From contig JAQUAK010000002.1 of NCBI GenBank assembly GCA_028687275.1, positions 70,102 through 134,101 of the forward strand: a DNA stretch of 64,000 bases, in the 5' to 3' direction. The notes under the pieces are model-generated. The model did not search any database and was not told where the DNA came from. It saw only the letters and a list, made by a program, of their open reading frames with translations. This DNA comes from Patescibacteria group bacterium. Lineage in GTDB: Bacteria; Patescibacteriota; Patescibacteriia; Patescibacteriales; UBA12465. Of the stretch, positions 8,585-14,896 are shown piece by piece (the first letter of the stretch is position 1; the number at the start of each line of letters is the position of its first letter). A program made the translations under genes and the position numbers.

Positions 8585-9409
8585 TTACTTAATATTTATA
8601 CCAGTTTGATTTGCCTTCATGTCTCCGCCTTCTTCTAAGCAGTAAGTAATCTCATACTCAGTTCCTTTATCCGAGCGATAAGAGTACAAAAATTTTTCTT
8701 TATTAAGAGGGTCTTTTGGTAAATTAGACATATAAACAATATGAGCTTCTGCAGATATTACTTTTGATAACTCATCAGTATTACTAGCAATAGGATATAA
8801 ATTATTATCATTGTAATACATTTCAAGGGCTGTTTGTAATTGTTTAATATCTGATATTCTTTTTGCATCCCTTGCTTTCTTTCTAGCAGAATTTAGAATT
8901 ATTGTAGATATAGTTGACAATAAGATAGTCACAATCGCGACTATAATCAATATTGAGTATGTGGAAACGGCCATCTTAGATAAGAATGGTACAGCGCTAT
9001 ATAAAAAGGCAAAAAGGTTAATAATTAGCAACCAACTAATCAAGGCGTAAAAATACTTAAAAGGGCTTCTAAAAAATTGGAACCTGTAATCATCCGAGTT
9101 TGTTTTTAAAAATATTTGACTAATCTGATTTCTAACATCTTCATAGTATTCGTATTGAATTAAAATCTTTTTTAAGGAAAACCAAACTACATAACCAAAA
9201 AGCAAAAGTGGTAATAAAAGAAACCAGGTCATTAAAACGTTGGTATTACTATAAATTTTATAATTAACCAACGTAACAATTATGGTCGACATCGCAAATA
9301 CTGTTGTAAAATAGAATTTAATTAACTCTGTTTGTATATCATTAAGTTTCTGTAATTTCTGGTCGCATTGCTTAAGCTCCTCCAATAAATATAATTTGTA
9401 ATCGTCCAT
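8585..9409 (-). CDS. multi-TM protein with C-terminal type IV pilin-like domain
   Basis: About 160 aa with several TM segments. This is followed by ILIIVAIVTILLSTISTIILNSARKKARDAKRISDIKQLQTALEMYYNDNNLYP, which mimics the mature N-terminal helix plus head start of type IV (pseudo)pilins, but without a G/FTLIE prepilin cleavage site. Stop is 2 nt from the HNH gene start. Confidence 0.55.
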   Translation of the reverse strand: MDDYKLYLLEELKQCDQKLQKLNDIQTELIKFYFTTVFAMSTIIVTLVNYKIYSNTNVLMTWFLLLPLLLFGYVVWFSLKKILIQYEYYEDVRNQISQIFLKTNSDDYRFQFFRSPFKYFYALISWLLIINLFAFLYSAVPFLSKMAVSTYSILIIVAIVTILLSTISTIILNSARKKARDAKRISDIKQLQTALEMYYNDNNLYPIASNTDELSKVISAEAHIVYMSNLPKDPLNKEKFLYSYRSDKGTEYEITYCLEEGGDMKANQTGINIK

Positions 9410-9573
9410 AGTTTTGATTTAATTACTATAATAACTCTATATATTTATAGTACTACCCAGATGGGTAAAAATCAATTTATATATTAAATATTCTTAATTA
9501 AAACTACAAAAATAACAAATAAGCCAGCATATGTGAATTGGACTTTAACCAGTAATTATGATAAATTGTCATT

Positions 9574-9720
9574 GACTACCTACAATTATTAGTAATAAAA
9601 AGCACGAAAAGACTGCTCAGTCTTTGCCGTTTTACGGGCAGAAATGGGCAGTTGACCTCCGCAAAACGGTAGCTTCGTGCTATTGCTAATAGTGGGTAGT
9701 CTGGTTGACTGCCCTTTTTT
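9574..9720 (+). ncRNA. candidate structured RNA / cis-regulatory leader with terminator-like 3' end
   Basis: Nested helices 9574-9583/9692-9701, 9601-9608/9674-9681 and 9626-9633/9663-9670. GGGCAGTTGACC (9646-9657) pairs with GGTTGACTGCCC (9703-9714), followed by T6. Several pairs are G-T, valid only for a plus-strand RNA. Confidence 0.4.
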
Positions 9721-9753
9721 GTTAGGGCACTTTAATAAAATAATCATAATTTT

Positions 9754-10173
9754 ATGCGAAAAAAGCGCCCAAGCAAGAAAACTAAATGGATCATTGGATT
9801 AACTTTGTTCTTTGTATTTATAATCGTAATTTCTTTAACGAGTCAAAACTCTCCAATCCCCGAAACTACACATAAGGATATAAGTAATATGACCGCTCTA
9901 CAACAAATGACGATTGCTTTTGATGGAGATTATCCAGAAAAGGAAATTAAAGACAGAATTACTGAAGCAATGGTCTTATATAATGTACCAATAACAGAAG
10001 AAAACTATAGTAAGGCTGGAAGTTCTTTAGTAGCATTAAAAAATAATTCTAATATAGAAGAAATGCTTATTTTAGACTATATGATAAATAAGCTATACAC
10101 TCCAAGCGCTAATCTATCCTTCCCAGAAGCGGCTGGGCTATCTGTTACCGTATTGAAAACAGGCGCCAACTAA
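9754..10173 (+). CDS. hypothetical membrane-anchored/secreted protein (139 aa)
   Basis: N-terminal basic stretch plus a hydrophobic helix (WIIGLTLFFVFIIVISL). No other motif. Confidence 0.45.
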   Translation: MRKKRPSKKTKWIIGLTLFFVFIIVISLTSQNSPIPETTHKDISNMTALQQMTIAFDGDYPEKEIKDRITEAMVLYNVPITEENYSKAGSSLVALKNNSNIEEMLILDYMINKLYTPSANLSFPEAAGLSVTVLKTGAN

Positions 10174-10230
10174 ACATTTGCCTATAATGCCACCAAGATA
10201 TAATATATAGCTATATATAAATAAAATTAT

Positions 10231-10968
10231 ATGGAGGCACAAACTAAAAAATCGTCAGACATAACTAGGTGGGTGTTAAACAGAATACAAACAGAGCGAG
10301 CACTTGATTCTAGATCAGGAAAAAATGTTATTACTTTTAGCTATGGCAATAAAAAAAATGAACCGACGGCATCAGAGCAATATCACGAACTAGAAAAACT
10401 TAGTGACTGCGGAGCAATAAGAGTAATAAAAGAGGCTTTTGAAAATATTATTTCCTTAAAAACGGGAAAACGAATTAAAGTCGTAGAAGATGCTCCAATA
10501 GTAATGCTCTCCAAAAAAACTATATTCCCTAGCCAAGCAATAATAGAGATCAAAGAAAAAAAGTTTTTTGAACTACTAGTAAAGCACAACATTATTGCAG
10601 ACAAAGAAAAAATTAAATATACATTTAATCCCGATATTCCTGAAGGAAGCTTTACTGTCGGAGAAAAAACAATTCAATTCCGTGGAAGAGTAAGTGCTAT
10701 AATTCAATATTTTTATGAGAACAAAAGTAAATTAAGTATTAACTCTGATTTTGAAGATTTTATAAAGTATCTATCATCGCATGACAATATAGTAATCCAA
10801 AATTTAAAATCACCAGATAATAAAATATTTAGAGATGGAATAAAAGAAATTAACGAAAGAATTAAAAAAGAATTTATAAACATAAACACAATTATAGGCA
10901 AAACAAATAAAGAAAAAACGACTGGAAGAAATACATATCAATGGAGAATTGAGTTTGATTCTATTTAA
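10231..10968 (+). CDS. hypothetical protein (245 aa)
   Basis: Long ORF followed by a terminator. No motif recognised; no reverse-transcriptase YxDD motif. Confidence 0.45.
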   Translation: MEAQTKKSSDITRWVLNRIQTERALDSRSGKNVITFSYGNKKNEPTASEQYHELEKLSDCGAIRVIKEAFENIISLKTGKRIKVVEDAPIVMLSKKTIFPSQAIIEIKEKKFFELLVKHNIIADKEKIKYTFNPDIPEGSFTVGEKTIQFRGRVSAIIQYFYENKSKLSINSDFEDFIKYLSSHDNIVIQNLKSPDNKIFRDGIKEINERIKKEFININTIIGKTNKEKTTGRNTYQWRIEFDSI

Positions 10969-11000
10969 AAGGGCTTAGGGGGAGTGTTAATAAAAAAACT

Positions 11001-11026
11001 AATTGGCTAAATATAGCCAATTTTTT
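11001..11026 (+). terminator. rho-independent-type terminator
   Basis: AATTGGCTA-AATA-TAGCCAATT followed by a T-run. Confidence 0.65.
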
Positions 11027-11089
11027 GTTATAAAAAACGCTCTAAAATTGTTTCATCAAATGTGGGAAAATGGGGATACATTAACAATT

Positions 11090-11310
11090 CACGGCAGACA
11101 GCGCGACCTTGGTTCGCCTGTATAAACAATCAAAATCAACAGCTCAAACTGCTTCTAATAAAAGGGAGAAGCTGTCGGTGGTGTCTAAAGTCTAAATTCC
11201 CGCTCTGTGCAAACACTCACAACGGGGACTTCCCTTTAGACATCACTGAGTAATCCTAATTGCCTGTGATACACACTAGTCTTTAATCCCTAGAAATAAT
11301 AAAGGGAAGG
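11090..11310 (+). ncRNA. candidate structured non-coding RNA of unknown class
   Basis: Locally G+C-richer than the flanks. A 16-bp helix 11175-11190/11234-11249 has two G-T pairs (plus-strand RNA only). Hairpins at 11099-11120 and 11151-11172. The track ORF 11062-11253 has no coding-like features. Confidence 0.35.
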
Positions 11311-11341
11311 AGAAAAGTGTTTTATATAGCCATATAAGAAT

Positions 11342-11551
11342 ATGAAAAAAATAGACACTAACGGACTAGACATAAAACAGACAGACACTAAAAAGAAAAA
11401 AATATTTAGACCAACCGAACTTAATCTTCCTCGCAAGGTATATTTAACCGAAGATGTATATACAATTCTCAGGCGTCAAAAAAGGAAACAGCAGAAATCA
11501 ATGGCAAGGATAGCCTGTGATCTTATTAGGGCAACATATTTTAAAAAATAA
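11342..11551 (+). CDS. small basic protein, possible ribbon-helix-helix DNA binder
   Basis: 69 aa. KVYLTEDVYTILRRQKRKQQKSMARIACDLI resembles a beta-strand plus two helices of RHH regulators. Weak call. Confidence 0.3.
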   Translation: MKKIDTNGLDIKQTDTKKKKIFRPTELNLPRKVYLTEDVYTILRRQKRKQQKSMARIACDLIRATYFKK

Positions 11552-11588
11552 AAAACAAACTATATTCCGAATTTTGACTAAAAATGAT

Positions 11589-12017
11589 ATGGCTAAAATA
11601 TTAAAAACAAAAATAAGAAAAAAAGACAAATACCTTGAATTTATTTACTGGATTTCTCAACCGAGTATTATGAGACAACCAAAAAAACTACAAGATTTTG
11701 CAAAAAAAATCGGAATACACAAAGACACTCTAACTAACTGGAAATATACAGAGTCATTTTGGGAAGATGTTAAAACGGAAAGAATTAGTTTTATGCAAGA
11801 AATACTTGGAGACGCTATAGTGGCTCTAAAAAGAAGAATTATAAAATATGGACGTGCATCTGATGTAAGATTAGCGTTTCAACTGGCAGGAGAATGGAAC
11901 TACGAAAAAAAGCTATCAGAAGAAATATCCATAAAGGTTGAAAATAAACTAACGGAATCCAAAATTGAAGAAATGACAGATAAACTAAAGAAGTGGAAAA
12001 GAGAAAATCTTGAATAA
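11589..12017 (+). CDS. HTH protein, phage terminase-small-subunit-like (tentative)
   Basis: Track ORF 11517-12017; internal ATG 11589 avoids overlap with the upstream gene. LQDFAKKIGIHKDTLTNWK is an HTH of the kind at the N-terminus of small terminase / transposase-HTH proteins. Confidence 0.3.
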   Translation: MAKILKTKIRKKDKYLEFIYWISQPSIMRQPKKLQDFAKKIGIHKDTLTNWKYTESFWEDVKTERISFMQEILGDAIVALKRRIIKYGRASDVRLAFQLAGEWNYEKKLSEEISIKVENKLTESKIEEMTDKLKKWKRENLE

Positions 12018-12108
12018 TAACTGGAAAATATGTCAAAAAAGTAATAGAGTAATGCTGTACAGATGTGACTTAGTGGGTCGCATTCCGCATTGCTCGTTAA
12101 CAAACTAA

Positions 12109-12318
12109 ATGAAACTAAGTTCAAACGAACACAACCAAATACCAAGTCTAATGACGCCTAAAGATTTAGCATCAATGCTAAAGGTTTCTGGCACAACCAT
12201 TTATAGAATAGTGGAGAGTAGAAAAATACCTTTCTATAAAATAAATGGTGGTATTAGATTTAAACAAACAGACATAGAAGCTTACATGAGTAAGAATCGT
12301 TTTGAACCGTTCAAATAA
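12109..12318 (+). CDS. xis: excisionase-family / MerR-type HTH DNA-binding protein
   Basis: LMTPKDLASMLKVSGTTIYRIVESRKIPFYKINGGIRFKQTDIEAYM is the classic HTH_17 excisionase pattern. Located immediately upstream of the integrase. Confidence 0.7.
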   Translation: MKLSSNEHNQIPSLMTPKDLASMLKVSGTTIYRIVESRKIPFYKINGGIRFKQTDIEAYMSKNRFEPFK

Positions 12319-12322
12319 TTAT

Positions 12323-13471
12323 ATGAGTGTATATAGACGCGGAAACAAATACTGGGTAAGCATAAGATACAATCAACGCAGATACAGGCTATCCTGCCCA
12401 GCTAATACACAAGCGGGAGCAAAAGCCTATGAAGCCTCTCTAAGGAGCAAATTAGCCCAAGGAAAGCCTATTATGGACAAACAGGAAGAATCTATTAGCT
12501 TCTCTAATTTCGTCGATAAATGGTTTAATACCTACGTTATAACCAATAACAAACCATCGGAACAGCTTAACAAAAAAATGGCCATTAAAAACCATTTAAG
12601 ACCATTCTTTGGTAAAATAGACATTGATAAAATCAACAACCTAAATATTGAAGAGTTTAAGGCCAAAAAGCAAAACGAAGGTAAATGTAATAAAAGTATA
12701 AATAATTATCTCGGCATGCTAAGAAAATGTTTAAACTGCGCCGAGGAGTGGGAGTTAATAAATAAAGCACCAAAAATAAGACCCTTAAAAGTCCCTCCGC
12801 AAAAATTTAACTTTTTTACTGAGGCAGAATATAACCAAATACTTGAAGAGGCAAAAAAGATAAACGAAGAATTTTATGAAATGGTTTTATTTACTCTAAG
12901 AACAGGTGTAAGGGTTGGAGAATTGTTAGCCTTAAGATGGGAAGATATAGATTTTGATAAAAAAACAGTGACAATCCAAAGATCTATAGTAAACGGAATT
13001 ATCGGGTCTCCAAAAAGTAATAAAGTAAGAGAAATACCATTAGCGGATGACATTTTTTTCATCCTAAAGCGCAAAAAGGCCACTTTAAAAAACTTTAAAA
13101 TTTTGACACTTTGGAAAATTAAAATTAGCCGTTTTTCGCTAAACAGAGCGCTAAAACGTGTTTGTGGTGTTTTTGATTTTAAAGTCGGCGGTTGGCACGA
13201 TTTAAGACACACTTTTGCCTCTAAATTAGCCAACAACGGAATACCCCTTCAAGTCATCCAAACACTGCTCGGACACTCCGATTTAAAGATGACTCAACGC
13301 TACGCACACTTAGAGCCACTAACACTAAGCGATGCCATTAAGACGCTTGAGTCTAAAAAGCCTTTAGCTTTTAATTTTGGACACAATATGGACACAGTCA
13401 CTAAAAATCCAGACAATTCCGAGATTAAAAGAATTCCTATAAACAGCAATTTTACCCTTAATATAAAATAA
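12323..13471 (+). CDS. int: tyrosine-type site-specific integrase
   Basis: Track ORF 12302-13471; MSVYRRGNKYW is the typical start. Catalytic region LRTGVRVGELLAL ... WHDLRHTFAS ... LGHSDLKMTQRYAHL contains the R..HxxR..Y residues. Confidence 0.9.
   Translation: MSVYRRGNKYWVSIRYNQRRYRLSCPANTQAGAKAYEASLRSKLAQGKPIMDKQEESISFSNFVDKWFNTYVITNNKPSEQLNKKMAIKNHLRPFFGKIDIDKINNLNIEEFKAKKQNEGKCNKSINNYLGMLRKCLNCAEEWELINKAPKIRPLKVPPQKFNFFTEAEYNQILEEAKKINEEFYEMVLFTLRTGVRVGELLALRWEDIDFDKKTVTIQRSIVNGIIGSPKSNKVREIPLADDIFFILKRKKATLKNFKILTLWKIKISRFSLNRALKRVCGVFDFKVGGWHDLRHTFASKLANNGIPLQVIQTLLGHSDLKMTQRYAHLEPLTLSDAIKTLESKKPLAFNFGHNMDTVTKNPDNSEIKRIPINSNFTLNIK
13375..13399 (+). repeat. 25-bp direct repeat, right copy (inside integrase 3' coding region)
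   Basis: Identical to 2765-2789. Encodes FGHNMDTV of the integrase tail. Confidence 0.5.
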
Positions 13472-13502
13472 AAACAGGCTATAAACCTGTTTTTAAATAA
13501 GG

Positions 13503-13523
13503 GTGGGCGCACAAGGATTCGAA
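13503..13523. repeat. att core, int-proximal copy (within tRNA-Val)
   Basis: Identical 21-mer to 2629-2649. Confidence 0.8.
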
Positions 13524-13577
13524 CCCTGGACCCCTTCGGTGTAAACGAAGTGCTCTAACCAGCTGAGCTATGCGCCC
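13504..13577 (-). tRNA. tRNA-Val (anticodon TAC)
   Basis: Reverse complement GGGCGCATAGCTCAGCTGGTTAGAGCACTTCGTTTACACCGAAGGGGTCCAGGGTTCGAATCCTTGTGCGCCCA folds as a cloverleaf. Anticodon loop TTTACAC. No encoded CCA. Confidence 0.9.
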
Positions 13578-13590
13578 GATTCTTAAGGGG

Positions 13591-13674
<84 letters not shown>

Positions 13675-13721
13675 TTTTTAAAGAGGCAATTAAGCCTCTT
13701 TAAACTGATTGTAAAATAATT

Positions 13722-14081
13722 TTAGCGAATTACCTTCTCTTTCAAGCGCTTCTTGTAGCCACGCTTTAAGAAATATAATTTTGCTCGACGAACGGTAGCA
13801 ATCTTTTTAACTTCAATCTTAGCGATTGTAGGTAAACTCAAGGGGAAAATCTTTTCCACGCCAACACCATTAGAAACCTTGCGAACAGTAATAGTGGCTC
13901 CAATCTCTTTCTTATGTTTACGTGCAATAATCATGCCTTCAAAATATTGAATGCGTTCTTTTTCTTCACCCTTTGAATTTAATTCTTTAATCTTCTGATG
14001 AATTCGAACCGTCATGCCCGGTTTTAATTCCATTTCTTCAGTTTTCTGCTCCTCTTTGGAGTCAATAGTTTTATCTGACAT
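13722..14081 (-). CDS. rplS: 50S ribosomal protein L19
   Basis: RIQYFEGMIIARKHKKEIGATITVRKVSNGVGVEKIFPLSLP matches conserved L19 sequence. Confidence 0.9.
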   Translation of the reverse strand: MSDKTIDSKEEQKTEEMELKPGMTVRIHQKIKELNSKGEEKERIQYFEGMIIARKHKKEIGATITVRKVSNGVGVEKIFPLSLPTIAKIEVKKIATVRRAKLYFLKRGYKKRLKEKVIR

Positions 14082-14104
14082 ATATATTTGGCAAAAACCA
14101 GAAA

Positions 14105-14123
14105 CGAGGTGCTAAGCATCTCG
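14105..14123 (-). promoter_or_regulatory. hairpin in the rplS 5' leader (possible attenuator)
   Basis: Minus-strand RNA CGAGAUGC-UUA-GCACCUCG followed by a U-rich tract, between a TATAAT-like box and the rplS start. Confidence 0.25.
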
Positions 14124-14167
14124 CTCTGTCTAAATTACTTAAGTCAAGTCTAATATTATAATCAAAT

Positions 14168-14731
14168 TTAACACTTGTCAAGCCGTTTTTTAATATAACT
14201 ATATACTTGTTGAAAAGACTCTTCTGGGCTTAAATTAGTAGTATTTAAATAAAAATCATAATGTTCACGCACATAGACATCAATACCATAATACTTCTTA
14301 TAGCGCAAATTATCACTTTCCAGGCGTTTTTTTAGACTATTTTTAACTGACTCAACGCTATCAGTCTCTCCTCCCTCGTTTCTTTCGTTCTCTTGCTGCA
14401 AATGACTAAACACTCGACGAGCACCTTCGTCTTCATCTACATCAAGATAAATCTTGATTGAGTGAGGAATAAAATACCAAGAGGTTCTGCCTTCAATAAT
14501 AAAATTATCATTTTCTTCTCCAAGTTTTTTTTGGTAAGTATCAACTTCCTGATCAGTCTCTATGTCAGTTTCGCCAAGTTTATTATATTCAGCTAAAGTT
14601 AAGCCTTTTTTAGCAGCCGCTTCTCGTCTTAAGCCGCCCATATAATAACGAGGCCAGGCTAAAGAATCAGCCAATTTTTGGGCTATAGTTGATTTACCTG
14701 AACCATGAGCTCCGCTAAGAGAAATAATCAT
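14168..14731 (-). CDS. cytidylate kinase-like nucleotide kinase
   Basis: P-loop ISLSGAHGSGKSTIAQKLA. Size and layout of the archaeal-type CMP kinase / AAA kinase family. Confidence 0.6.
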   Translation of the reverse strand: MIISLSGAHGSGKSTIAQKLADSLAWPRYYMGGLRREAAAKKGLTLAEYNKLGETDIETDQEVDTYQKKLGEENDNFIIEGRTSWYFIPHSIKIYLDVDEDEGARRVFSHLQQENERNEGGETDSVESVKNSLKKRLESDNLRYKKYYGIDVYVREHYDFYLNTTNLSPEESFQQVYSYIKKRLDKC

Positions 14732-14896
14732 AAAAAATAAAAAGCGCGAAATAAACTGAATAATTGCACGCCTACTAACAAATAAATTCTATTTTACTTT
14801 TACCCTTAAGTTATACTATAATAATAACATATTTAGAATAAGGGGCAAGTGATATTAACACTTGTCGATAACTAATACCGCGTAAGCGCTTTTTTT

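Larger units (their letters stand above)
2629..13523. mobile_element. integrative genomic island (~10.9 kb) inserted in the 3' end of tRNA-Val
   Basis: 21-bp perfect direct repeat GTGGGCGCACAAGGATTCGAA at 2629-2649 and 13503-13523. The right copy is the 3' part of an intact tRNA-Val. A tyrosine integrase and excisionase-type HTH sit at the tRNA-proximal end, with RM/defence-type cargo inside. Confidence 0.8.

Noticed and set aside
9574-9720. Flanking long inverted repeats considered as retron msr/msd a1/a2 arms
   Set aside because: No reverse transcriptase (no YxDD-containing ORF) is in the island or elsewhere in the window. The neighbouring 245-aa ORF lacks RT motifs.
11062-11253. 63-aa ORF on the track (MGKWGYINNSRQTARPWFAC...)
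   Set aside because: It has no SD and an odd W/C/R-rich composition. It coincides with a G+C-rich, strongly base-paired segment, so it is more likely a chance ORF over a structured RNA.
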